A DNA stretch of 54,755 nt from a virus (Duplodnaviria > Caudoviricetes), in IMG/VR virus record IMGVR_UViG_3300025168_000110, positions 1-54,755 of that record. One strand, 5' to 3'. The notes under the pieces were generated by a model. That model was not told the DNA's origin. It saw only the letters and a list, made by a program, of their open reading frames with translations, and ran no database searches. Shown piece after piece: positions 18,602 through 30,200 of the stretch (positions are counted from its first letter, which is position 1; the number at the start of each line of letters is the position of its first letter). A program made the position numbers and the translations under genes.

Positions 18602-21600
18602 ATGGCAAATACAGACAATTATGATTATGCTCATGATTTAACAGCTCAATGGGAAGGTGGTGTGAGTGCTGATAAAGATGATAATGGAAATAAATATAAA
18701 ATTAGTGGTACTACTTATTACACTAAAACATATTACGGTGTAACTTTTAAAACATGGTTAGGCTACGAGGGTAAATCTAAACCTACTACAAAAGCTGAGT
18801 TTGATACATTAGTTGCTGAATTTAACAAAACAACAAAAGCTGACGCTAAAGCCTATTTTAAAAAAGAGGTTTGGGATAAAAATAATTTAGGAGATATAAA
18901 AGATAAGAAATTAGCGGCAACCATATATGACGCTATGATTAATCAAAACTACACTTTAGGTGGTAATGATAACAAAACATTAAAAAGAGTTTTAAAGAAG
19001 TTAGGTATAACAGGATATGACATCTCCACTCAAGAAAAAGCTATTGCTGTTCTAAATAAAGCAGTGGAAGATAAAGGATCTGAAGAAGTTCTAAATTCAT
19101 ATGCTGAAGTAAGAGAAGATTCATATATATCATCATCTAAAAAAGGAGAGAACCATTCATTTGGTAAAGGGTGGATGAATAGATTAAATGATCACAGAAC
19201 AGAAAACAAAGTAGACACAACTCTAACAACAATTAATGATAATCCTCTTGAGGGAGATACTGGTATAACCAATATAGTAAGACAAGATGTTGAAATTATA
19301 GAAGATGACCAAGCAGAAGGTAGTGATGTTGAAATTCCGTTAAGGAGAAAAACATATGATAAAGAATTTGAAAGCTGGGATGATGTTGATCCTGAAAAAA
19401 TTGGAGAGGATGAGATTTTTACAGTAGACGGTAAGGTTTACAAAAAAGATCCTGCCATGGATATTTACAGAAGATATGATGAAGAAAGTGGTGATTTTGA
19501 TGCTAACCAGTCTGGAGACGAAAACTCTCAATGGATATCTGAGTTAAAAAAAGAAAAAGAGAGAAAGGCTGAAATAGAAAAACAAAGAGAAGATGATGTA
19601 TACGTAGAACAAAATCCTGATACACCATACCAAAGAGACGGTAAAGTGTATCAAATGATTGATGGTGTTGAGGTAGAAGTAAATGTTCAAGATCCGTTGC
19701 CTGGAGATGATACTGGTATAAGTAACGATGATCGTCCTAATCTAATAGAGCCACTAAGAGAAGAGACTCCTGTTCTAATTGGGCCTGAAAATAAAGATGT
19801 TACATCTACAAAAGAAGACAAAATAAATGAAGAAGTTGAATTAAAAAAACCTAGATATAGAGATTACAAAACATCTTCAGAATACATGAAAGCTCGTAGA
19901 GAGTATTTTAAAAAGTTAGAAGAGCAAAAAAAGGGTGACGAAAAAGGACAAAACCAAGCAGAACCTCCTAAGAAAAAAAGAAAAATAACATCTTCTGCTC
20001 AAAAAAAATTAGATAAAGCTGTTGCTGATGGATCTATCACTCAAGAAGAAGCTGATAATTTGAAAGGAACAGGGTTATTTAAGACTGTTAATAATAGAGA
20101 TGTGAAGAAACTGTTAGCTAAAAAAGAAAAGCAAGCTAATAAAATTGACATGACTAAGGTAGAGGGTTCTTCTACGTATGAAGACCCTAATAAAAAAATT
20201 GATAATAGAACTGAGCAGCAAAAAATAGATGATGCTGTTAATGCGCCTCCTAGAATATTAACTCTTGAAGAAATAGAAGAAAACAAAAAGAAGGGACCTC
20301 AAGTAGAAAAATTAGAAAAAAAACCAAAAGTTAATACAGCAAGTATAGGTCAACCAATATTAGATTTAATAAAAATTATACACGCAAAAATAAAGAAATT
20401 ATCTGAAGATACTACAATCCCTTTTTCTGAAAAGCAAGGTCAAATGCAAGCGCTACAAGCTGAGTTAGACAACACTGGATATACAGGAGACTTAAATACT
20501 AATGGAGAGCCTGAAGGACAAGGAAGGTATGTTCATGCTAGCGGTTCTATAGAAGAAGGTGAATTTAAAGATGGTAAACTTGTTAATGGTACTTATACTG
20601 ATACTGAGTTTGGAATTACTTACACAGGAGAATTTGATGAAGATGGAGACTTAAGGAAAGGCGTTTGCAAATCGGCTAACGGCTACACTGAAGAAGGAGA
20701 ATTTGATGAAGATGGTATAGATTTAACTAAAGGTAAGGTCACTCTTGTAGATGGATCTACATATGAAGGAGAATTTGTTGACGGTAATCTAATTGGAGGT
20801 GTATATACAGATGCTAACGGAGTTGTAACTGAAAATTATTATTCAGCTACTCAGTCTACAGAAGCACAATCTACTTCTACAAGAAGAACAGAACAAGAAA
20901 TAAGAGAGGATCTAATTAAAGAAAGATTAGAGGCGAAACATAAAGAGAATGCTGATTCTTTAAGCATGACAATGGAAGAGTATAATGAACTTGCCAGAGA
21001 ACCATATGAAGAGGATTTTTTAGAAGAAGTTACTAATGAGGTAAACACTGAAAGAGATGGGCTTATAGAAGAAAGAGATGCTATAGATCCAAAAGATAAT
21101 AAAAACAATTACTCTAAAAATCTTAATAACGAGGTTATTTACACAGATCCAGAAACAGGAGAAACAAGTATAGTGGAAGGTGATGAATTAGAAAGAATTC
21201 AGCCTATTCTAAACTCAAGATCTACTGGGGATGTAATACCAGGTGGTAGCTACGAACCGTTTGATAGAGGAGATGGTAATTTAGTAGATGGTGATTTAGA
21301 AATAGTAGGAGTAAATCCTGCTGACGGTGATAATCCAGCAACCTATGACGTAAGAACTACCGATGGTCAAGTTATTACTATGCCTGCTCAAGACATGGGT
21401 CAAGAAGTAAATTCTCAAGGTGATATTATAGGAGCATCAGCACCAGTAACAACAACACAAGAAACAACTACCACTCAAGAAACAGCAGAAGTAGAGGCAG
21501 GACCTGATTCTAAGTCTGATTTTATAAACACTGCAAGAAACGCTTTAGATAAAGCATCTGGCATGGCAGGAGGCCTTATAGATGCAGGGGCAGGAGTTTT

Positions 21601-22186
21601 AGATGCTATTGGTGGTCCAGGAGCTATTGTTTCATATTTAATGGGTAAAGAAAGTTTAAAAGATGCAATGAAGGAGGTTACTCCGAAAGAAAAAGCAAAT
21701 CTTTCTGCTTCATTTATGGAACATTTTAGACAAACTAAAGAACTTCAAAAAAGAGGATTTCATCCTACTGAAGCTAGGGCTGTGCAAAAAGAAATAGATA
21801 CTGCATATCAAGTTGGTTTAGAAGCTTCGGTTAGAGGAACGGCAGGTGATAGAGCAAAATATTTAGCACAATCAGGATTACTAGACGCTAAAAGATCTTC
21901 TGCATTATTAGAGTATTCTGTTAAAGACGCTGAACTACAAAGAACAAATCAAACAAAATACAGCGCTATGTTACAATTTAAAGAAAATTTTGACGCGCAG
22001 AGATCCGAATCGTTAAGGGCTGAAGATATGGCTAATCAAAAAGCAAAACAAGAAGCTGCTTCTAAATTTACAGGTCAAATGTTTCAAAACGTTATGGGTG
22101 GATTAAATGGAGGCGGAATAGGATCCTTTTTTCAGCAAAACAGCACAGCTATAACAAGCTTTTTTGATAAATTAAAAATACAATAA
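18602..22186 (+). CDS. Ejection/cargo protein with N-terminal GH108 muramidase and PG-binding domain, plus MORN repeats
   Basis: WEGG..DKDD.G...TYYGVT (GH108) and FGKGWMNRL (PG_binding_3-like); MORN-like Y/EEGEF.DG repeats ~20476-20825; coiled-coil C-terminus. Confidence 0.7.
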   Translation: MANTDNYDYAHDLTAQWEGGVSADKDDNGNKYKISGTTYYTKTYYGVTFKTWLGYEGKSKPTTKAEFDTLVAEFNKTTKADAKAYFKKEVWDKNNLGDIKDKKLAATIYDAMINQNYTLGGNDNKTLKRVLKKLGITGYDISTQEKAIAVLNKAVEDKGSEEVLNSYAEVREDSYISSSKKGENHSFGKGWMNRLNDHRTENKVDTTLTTINDNPLEGDTGITNIVRQDVEIIEDDQAEGSDVEIPLRRKTYDKEFESWDDVDPEKIGEDEIFTVDGKVYKKDPAMDIYRRYDEESGDFDANQSGDENSQWISELKKEKERKAEIEKQREDDVYVEQNPDTPYQRDGKVYQMIDGVEVEVNVQDPLPGDDTGISNDDRPNLIEPLREETPVLIGPENKDVTSTKEDKINEEVELKKPRYRDYKTSSEYMKARREYFKKLEEQKKGDEKGQNQAEPPKKKRKITSSAQKKLDKAVADGSITQEEADNLKGTGLFKTVNNRDVKKLLAKKEKQANKIDMTKVEGSSTYEDPNKKIDNRTEQQKIDDAVNAPPRILTLEEIEENKKKGPQVEKLEKKPKVNTASIGQPILDLIKIIHAKIKKLSEDTTIPFSEKQGQMQALQAELDNTGYTGDLNTNGEPEGQGRYVHASGSIEEGEFKDGKLVNGTYTDTEFGITYTGEFDEDGDLRKGVCKSANGYTEEGEFDEDGIDLTKGKVTLVDGSTYEGEFVDGNLIGGVYTDANGVVTENYYSATQSTEAQSTSTRRTEQEIREDLIKERLEAKHKENADSLSMTMEEYNELAREPYEEDFLEEVTNEVNTERDGLIEERDAIDPKDNKNNYSKNLNNEVIYTDPETGETSIVEGDELERIQPILNSRSTGDVIPGGSYEPFDRGDGNLVDGDLEIVGVNPADGDNPATYDVRTTDGQVITMPAQDMGQEVNSQGDIIGASAPVTTTQETTTTQETAEVEAGPDSKSDFINTARNALDKASGMAGGLIDAGAGVLDAIGGPGAIVSYLMGKESLKDAMKEVTPKEKANLSASFMEHFRQTKELQKRGFHPTEARAVQKEIDTAYQVGLEASVRGTAGDRAKYLAQSGLLDAKRSSALLEYSVKDAELQRTNQTKYSAMLQFKENFDAQRSESLRAEDMANQKAKQEAASKFTGQMFQNVMGGLNGGGIGSFFQQNSTAITSFFDKLKIQ

Positions 22187-24241
22187 ATGGGACTAGGAAT
22201 AGGATTTTATAATGCGTTTTTAGGTGACACTTCTACAGCAGGGAGTTTTGCAGAAAACCGTAAAACAAAGCAGATACAGGCCATGCAACAAGAGATGCAA
22301 ATGCAGCAGATGCAGCAAAAGCAATCTCAAGACATGGCGGCACTGCAACAGCAGTTAAATACAGCTGAAGAATCTGCAAAAGGGATTCTTTATATGAATA
22401 AGAATTTTGCAAGAAATAAAGATGTAGATGATTTTGAAAATTGGCATAAATCAGGTTCTACTTATCCTAAAATTAAAGAAACGTTAAAAAAATATGGTTC
22501 TGTAGCTAAAGCAAAAGCTTATGGTAATTTAGATTTAATGATAGAGCAATATAGGCAAGAAATACAAGACAACCCAATTTCAAAAAGAGCTAATCAAAAT
22601 ATGACTTCTTTAACAGCATATCAGAATTTAGCTTTAACTGATGACAAAAAACATCTTTTAAGTGTTAATAATAGAAAAAGATTTCAAGATTACAGAGAAG
22701 GTAAAACAGATCAATTTTATTTTAGTGGTGAGTTAGGAGATTATGTAAATATAGCCCAAGAGAGAGGTAGAACAAATCAAAATATAGATCTAGAAGAGGT
22801 GCTAGAGTTTAATAGAGTAAGAATAAAAACTGACATGGCTATGGACTTGCAATTATCTCCCGAAGAAGGAAATGCCCTGCAAGATAATGAAATGTTGTCT
22901 TGGTTAAAAAAGAATACTGGGCATGAGACATTTGGAGAAACTTCATATTTTAATGGTGAAGCCGTATTTGGGACTCAAGACTCTGACGCATCGTTTTCAC
23001 AAGACCTTGTACTAAACCTAGCTTCAGCTAAAACATTTGGAGATTCAGGATATTCTGTAGTAGACGGTAACTCTTATTTTAAAATGAGAGATGATGGTAT
23101 GACATACGATCAAATGTTTGGTGAGTATGAGTCTATGGAATGGATGACAATGGGAGGTGTTGATCATAGTCAAAAAATGAAAAACTATATTGATGATTGG
23201 TCTCCATTCTCAAAAGACACTAAAGTGGTTGGTTCTAGCGCAATTTTTGTTGATCCTATTTACAGGCAAGGGATAACAGAGTCTGTGTTTGGTAATTTTG
23301 CAGGAACAGAAGAGTCTAAATATAATCCTAAAACTAACACGGTTTCTGATGTTAATACTGCTGGGCTTTATGATAAGTCAGGGCATTTAATATTAGCTGA
23401 CGAAACTGCTGATGATGCTGAATGGAATACGTTATGGAATGAAGCTGAGTCTATGGATTTAGAACTATTAAACTATCATGTGGGACTAGAAGGTACAAAT
23501 AAAGACGGAGATTCTTTCTTATTAACCGATGTAGGAAATGAATCAGATAGGGATAAACTAAGAGAACAATATGGTGATGTAGTCTTTAAACAAGTTGTTT
23601 TAGCTGAAATGAGAGACTCTGATTTAGGTCCAGATAATGATGATTATTATTATAAAAAGGTTAACTTAGCAGACGCTAACTTACAAATTAAGTTAAATGA
23701 AAAATTCAACTCAGAAGGTAGAAATAAAATCAAAAAAGACATGTTAAGTACGCAAACTAGATTAGCGGAACAACAATATTTTGAAGGTAAAAAAGCTGCT
23801 AATAGAACTAAATTAGTTGCAAGACTTAATCTTCCTACAGATGCTTCATTAGATCAATTTGTTGGTGCTTATGACAAAACAATAAGTGTAGGATTAAAAA
23901 CTAATAACGTTTCTAATAAAAACATTCAGACAGCCATGCCTCTTCTTATGTCTCAATTATATGTAGAGTCGCAACAACCAAGATCTTATGGTAAAGATGG
24001 TATTGCCATGAAGAACACTAAAGATAAGGTAATTGGGTATGCTAAAAACTCTTCTGAATATATGGCATATAGAACCAAGTTATTTACAGACGGTTTAGCT
24101 GAAGGTAAATTTGAAGACATGTTGAGCGCTATCAATCAAGGAACAGGAGCATTTGCATCTTATTTAGAAGTTAATAATAATAAAAAAGACTTTAAAAATA
24201 TTAAGCAATTAACAAAAGATATAATTAAACACCTTAATTAA
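22187..24241 (+). CDS. Putative ejection/cargo protein
   Basis: Q/M-rich coiled-coil N-terminus; between other cargo genes and the RNAP. Confidence 0.5.
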   Translation: MGLGIGFYNAFLGDTSTAGSFAENRKTKQIQAMQQEMQMQQMQQKQSQDMAALQQQLNTAEESAKGILYMNKNFARNKDVDDFENWHKSGSTYPKIKETLKKYGSVAKAKAYGNLDLMIEQYRQEIQDNPISKRANQNMTSLTAYQNLALTDDKKHLLSVNNRKRFQDYREGKTDQFYFSGELGDYVNIAQERGRTNQNIDLEEVLEFNRVRIKTDMAMDLQLSPEEGNALQDNEMLSWLKKNTGHETFGETSYFNGEAVFGTQDSDASFSQDLVLNLASAKTFGDSGYSVVDGNSYFKMRDDGMTYDQMFGEYESMEWMTMGGVDHSQKMKNYIDDWSPFSKDTKVVGSSAIFVDPIYRQGITESVFGNFAGTEESKYNPKTNTVSDVNTAGLYDKSGHLILADETADDAEWNTLWNEAESMDLELLNYHVGLEGTNKDGDSFLLTDVGNESDRDKLREQYGDVVFKQVVLAEMRDSDLGPDNDDYYYKKVNLADANLQIKLNEKFNSEGRNKIKKDMLSTQTRLAEQQYFEGKKAANRTKLVARLNLPTDASLDQFVGAYDKTISVGLKTNNVSNKNIQTAMPLLMSQLYVESQQPRSYGKDGIAMKNTKDKVIGYAKNSSEYMAYRTKLFTDGLAEGKFEDMLSAINQGTGAFASYLEVNNNKKDFKNIKQLTKDIIKHLN

Positions 24242-24243
24242 AA

Positions 24244-27200
24244 ATGGCTGGAGAAGACGATTTTATTAATTCACTAAATATTTTATTAGGAAGCGATGCA
24301 GATGCTAATTTAATAGGAAGCAAATCTATAGAGAAAGAAATCACTGACAATTATGATGATGAAATGGACAAGCCTTCTGGCTCATTCACATCTATGTTAG
24401 ACAATTCATCACAAGCAGAACAAAGAAGTATTGCCTTTGAACAATCTATGATGGGTGCTGGTGCTGAAAACGTGCAGCAAGATCAAAATGGAGTTATGAA
24501 TCAAATGGCACAAGGGCCAGCTCCAGATCAGCAAATTATTGATCCACACTCTATGATTGGTAATACAGCAGAGAGAACAGGAAGAGCAATTGCTTCTGGT
24601 TGGGGAGATTTAGTTAGTGGAACAGGAGATACAATGGATTTTATTTCTGCACTTGTAACTCCATGGGAGGCAGACGCCACTACATCTGTAGGTTCTTGGT
24701 TAAAAGGTATTGGTACAGAATATCAAAATGAAAACACATTAATATTATCTGAAAGTCTTAATGATATTACCATGGCAGATATGTTTAATGGTGAGTTCTG
24801 GTCTTCTAAAGTAGCAAGACAAATACCCTTTGCGTTATCATTTGTTATTCCTTACGCTGGTGGAGCAAGGTTAGGAGCTTATGCTTTAGGTAGGTTTGGT
24901 ATGGCAGCAGCTAGATCATTACAAGCAACTAAAAATGTCGGAACAATGGGAAGGGGAATTGGAGCGGCAGCAAATAAAGGATCTGGTCTTTTAGGAAAAT
25001 TAGCGTTTGATGGAGGTAAAAAAGGACTGCAAGCAACTAAATTTACCAGAAATGTTGGTGGCTTTGTCGGAGGAGGTGTTGGTGCAAATTTAGCAGAAGG
25101 AGCTTTTTTAGCTGGAGAATCATATGATGAAATGTTGTACCAATTAGATGAAAGTGGTCAGCCATTATTTTCTCCACAAGAAGCTGCTGAACATGCTTCT
25201 GGCGTAATGCTAGATAACTTTAAGTACTTTATGGTTGATGCTGCTCAGTATGGACTTGTATTTGGAGGTGCTGGTAAAGGATTGACTAGAAAATTAATGA
25301 TGGGTGGATTCAAAAATACTCCATTCAAAGCCAGTGTAGGTCATTTAATAAAAGGAGGAATGCAAAAAATTGCTCCACACTTAGCCCCTACTGCTGCATA
25401 TGCGGGTATTGAAGGTATTTCAGAAGGTATACAAGAGCTATATCAAGAATGGATTAAATATACAGCATTACAAGAAGCTAAAGGTAAGGATTATAAAACC
25501 TATATGGATTGGATGAAAGATGAGGGTGGTAATTATAGGCCTGAAGTTAGAGATATATTTTTTACATCAGTAGGATTAGGAGCTGCAATGGGGGGAAGTA
25601 GAGGTTTTTTTGACTCTATGGCTGAAAGAAAGAAAATGCAAGAAGAGAAGCATGCAAAATTTATAGAGCATGCAAGTAAAATAGATGCAGCTCAAACAAC
25701 AGAAGAAGAATATTTAGCTACACAATATGCTGTTGATCATGTCATAGCTGACAATGTATGGAACTACGGAGGAGATGGTTCTGTTGTATTTGCTTATTTA
25801 GATAAATTAGTTTCTTCTGGTAAAATGACTCAAGAAGTTGCTGATGAATATAAAAAGTCTGTTGAGGTGTCGGAAGCTAATTATAGTAAACACAGCATGA
25901 ACTCTATGCTAACAGAATCTGCCGCAAAACAAGCGTTTTTTAGAGAGACTAGATTAACTAGAAATGCTACACAACAGGCGCAGCAAAATGCCCTATATGA
26001 AAGTGATGTTAAAAAAGTTAATGAAACAATTTCAGACGAGTCTAAGAAGAATAAAATGCTTGCACAATTAGAGGCAGACCACCTAGGTGTTATGGAGACA
26101 TTAAAAACTGAAGAGGCTGAAGTTAATAGAGAGTTAGAAGATTTATACACATTAAGAATTGATGAAGCTCCTACAGCTAAATCTACAGGTAAGAGAGACG
26201 CTAGATTCAAAAAACAAGGACTTACTCCAGAAGAGAATTTAGAGTATTCTCAAGAAGCGCAAAAAGAAAAAGAAAGATTAGAGAAGGGAGAATTTACGCA
26301 AACAGAAAGAGAACAAGAGCTTCATAAATTATCTAAATCTGATATGACATTTGATCAATGGAAGGCAGATGTTATTAAAAGAGAGGGTGCTGATTATTTA
26401 AATTCATTTACTAATGAGCAGATAATGCAATTAAAGAACCCATCTTTAATGGATAAAGCTCAAACGTTAGGAGGTAAAGCTTTAGAGGTTGGTAAAAGTT
26501 TACTTGATAAAGCAAAAACTGTAGTATCAGGTTTAACTAATTCAGAAAAAACTGAATCAAAAGAAGAGGCTAAAAAGCCAGAGGCTAAAAATACAATTAT
26601 TGAAGACAATCTTACGCAAGCAAAAAATTGGGTAAAAAAGAATTTACATATTTCTAAAGATAAAGTATCTAAAATAATTGAAGAAGTTAAGAAGGCTGGG
26701 GGTACTGCTGCTGATGTTATTAGTAAGCTTAAAGCAGAAAAAACTTTAAAAGGAGCTTCTAAAAAAGTTTATGACGCTATAGAAAAATTTGCTAATGATA
26801 GAATTGAAGGGAAGGAAGGTAAAACTTGGAAAGAATTTATTAAAGATAAATTATCTGTTGATAAAGAAGGTAAAGTTACCGTTGAAGAAAAAACAAAAGA
26901 AGACACTATTACTCCCAAAATAATAAAAGATAGTAAAAAATCAAAATATGCTAAGACTGAAGAAATGCAAAATAAGGGTAAGCCTATTACAAATTCTACA
27001 GATACAATAACAGTTGATGGGGTTGATTATAGATTTAGAATAGAAGAGTTTAAAGATGGAACTATTTTATACAATGTAAGTGAAATAGCTGCAGATAACA
27101 AGGGTGGTATGCCAATTAGGTCATTAACAGAAAAAGAATACAAATCTTTAATTGAAAAGTCTCAAGAAGACGTAAAAAAAAAAGATAAAACCGAAAAAGT

Positions 27201-30200
27201 AAAGGTTTATCCTAAAAACAAAACTTTTAAAAAGATAGAGGAATTTCTTAGAAGCATTGGAGGGTCTATTGTTTTAAAAGGATTAGAGGTTGTTTATGGA
27301 GGAGGAACAACATGGGGAGGTAAATCTATTGTAATTAAAAGAGATGGGGAAGATTTAAGGTTTTATGACTTTAAAGGAGATATCCTAAAGCTTATTGAAA
27401 AAAATATTAATAAGCCAACAATACTTAAAAACATTGAATTACGATTAAGAGATCCTAAAAAAGGAGCTAAAGACGTAGTTACAATTAATGGTAAGCACTA
27501 TTTTCATTTTCCTAAATCTCGTACAGAAACTGCAATGTATGATACTATTGTAGATGTTTATGTAGATGGCAAAAGAGTAGGGGAGTTATTGCAAAGAGAC
27601 TGGAACTCTAAAATTATTACAAGAAAGGCTAAAAAGCAAGACGTTAGAAATATTGATAAAGTAATTGGCAAGTTAAAAGAAACTAAAGAAAATATTAAAA
27701 AGCTTTTAAATTCTACTTTTACAGAAGACCAAACAACAGAAATACTTAATATTAATCGTAATCTAGAAGTGTATCAATCTTCTGGTATTGGTGCTTGGGT
27801 TTTAACGCAAAGTGTTGTACAGCGACAATTTCCTGGAGCGAGAGGATATGTTGTTTCTCAAAAACTACATGACGACTACGGTTCTGAAGCTACTGCTTTA
27901 GCATTAGGATCTGCTTATGTTTTAATTAATGAAAAAGGTGTTGAGCAAACAGATTTAATTCACGAATTAGGTCACATATATTATTCTATTATGGAGAATA
28001 CTCCATTAATGAAAAGAATAAAAAAGTTATTGATTTCTAGTAAATTCTACCAGGACACTAAAGAAGAATACCCTGAGCTTATATTGTTTAATTACGACAA
28101 ACAACAAGTAACTCTTGGTGATTTATATGAAATGATTAATAATAATAAGTTTGGTTATACTAGCGATCTTATTAGTATTGTGGAAAATATAGAAGAGGCT
28201 GAAAAAAATAATAACAACCAAAGATTAATTGATTTATTTCATTCATTAAGAATTCAATTAAAAAATCAAGGAATTAAAGAAGTAAAAAAGAATGCACAAA
28301 AACACATAATAGAGGAGTCATTTACTAAGGCATTAGAAGCATCATCATACGGTACTGTAAATTCTATTATTAAAAATACTGAAGCACAAAGACAACTTAA
28401 AAAAGATTTAATTCAGTTTTATAAAGAAACTAAAAATTTAACTACTGAAGATGAAGCAAAAAGATTTCTTGACTTAACCGTAGAAAATATACAGAGCTTA
28501 TCTTTAGATGCTGCAATAAAACAAGTGCTTCTTGATTTTAATTCTCAAGACAGAAAAATTCCTATTGTTCAGAATTCTGGATACAAAAACAAAACAAAAG
28601 CAAAGAAAAAAAGATTATCTAAGCATGGTAGTTACAGTAATATATATTCTCATATAGGTGATGTTTCAGGTAAAAAAGGTCTAACAAAAACACAAAAACT
28701 AAACGCTGTTATAAAGGCTATAGCGCAAAGTAGCGGACTTACACAAAAAGAAGTTTCTAATAAATCTAAAGAATACATAAAGGCTATTATAGCTCAATCT
28801 ACAAGGCGTAACGACTTAAAGTCAGCTGACACTGTATTAGATAAAGAGTTAAAAGAAATAGGAATTGTTATTGAAGCAAGAGATGAAGTAACTGGAAAGG
28901 TAGAAGAACATACTATTGAAACTGCTAGATATGAAGAAAGCGAAAAGAACAAAGGCTTACCTACAACGGCATCTAATTTTATAAAAAAGATTACTGAAGT
29001 TTTTAATCATAAAAATCCTGACAATAAAATTAATAGAAAAAAACTATTGCATGCTTTATATGCACTAGCAAAACAAACGATGTATGATCCTTTTGATTAT
29101 GTTCCTGAATTAAGAAAGTCTGACAATCCCCATCTTATTTCTATGATAAAAGAATTAGATAGAATATATAATGGAGATGTAAATCTTACTAATGCTAAGA
29201 TGATGGAGCTTAAAGGGTATGTAGAAGGCATTAATATAGAAGTTTTAACTAATGGGGTTTTAAATATTAATGCTAAGACTGGTGAAATGTCTTGGAATAA
29301 ATATAAAACAACAAGCAGATCACTTGAGGCGTCTGTTACAAATTCAGTACTAAACCATGTTAAAGACAATAAAGATGTACAAAATAAATTAGCAAAAGTT
29401 TATAACGATTATTTCAATAAGAAAAAACCTTCTGTTAATGATAAGTATAATGCTGCTAATAAGTTTTTAAATATATTATTAGATGTAAAAAACAATCCTA
29501 AAGGAAGTCTTATTGATATTCCTTCACTATTAAATAATACAATAATGTATGAGGGTAAGGAACAGTATCTTTATAATATGTTATTTGAGCACACTATAAA
29601 CCCTCAATATAATACGCCTATTTTAAAAAATAAGTTTATGGTGTATGACGGAAAAAAGAGAGAGTTTGTTGCTAGTATACCTCAGTATGAGCCTTTTGAA
29701 TTATTTTTTGGATCTCAAAGCTCGTTAAGAAATATTATTAACGAAGGCCTTGTTCTTTCAAGAGGGATAAATTACTTGTCTATAGTAGATAGTGTAACAG
29801 GTGACGCTATAAGCGTATTTAATAAAGAAAACGGATTACAAAATAGAATTAAAAATGTTGCTAATGTTATTAATGAAGGGGTTTATATAGAAGAAAACGA
29901 TATAATGCATTCTGACAATAATATCTATTCTTATATATTGCAAGAAAGAAAAAATAAAAATAAACTTGCTAATAGAAAAGGAAAGGTAGTTAACAATCCA
30001 TTAAGACTTACAGTTCATTCTGGTCTAATGAGATCGTTGATAGGTATGGCGGAACATAAAGCGCATGTTAATTATGAGCAAAGAGCAAACAAACTAAATA
30101 ACACATCTCCTAATGAGCTCTTAGCTAATGATTTCTTTATGTGGCTTGCAAGGTACCAGGAAGGTAAAAAGAATAAAGACACAACTATTATATATGATCA

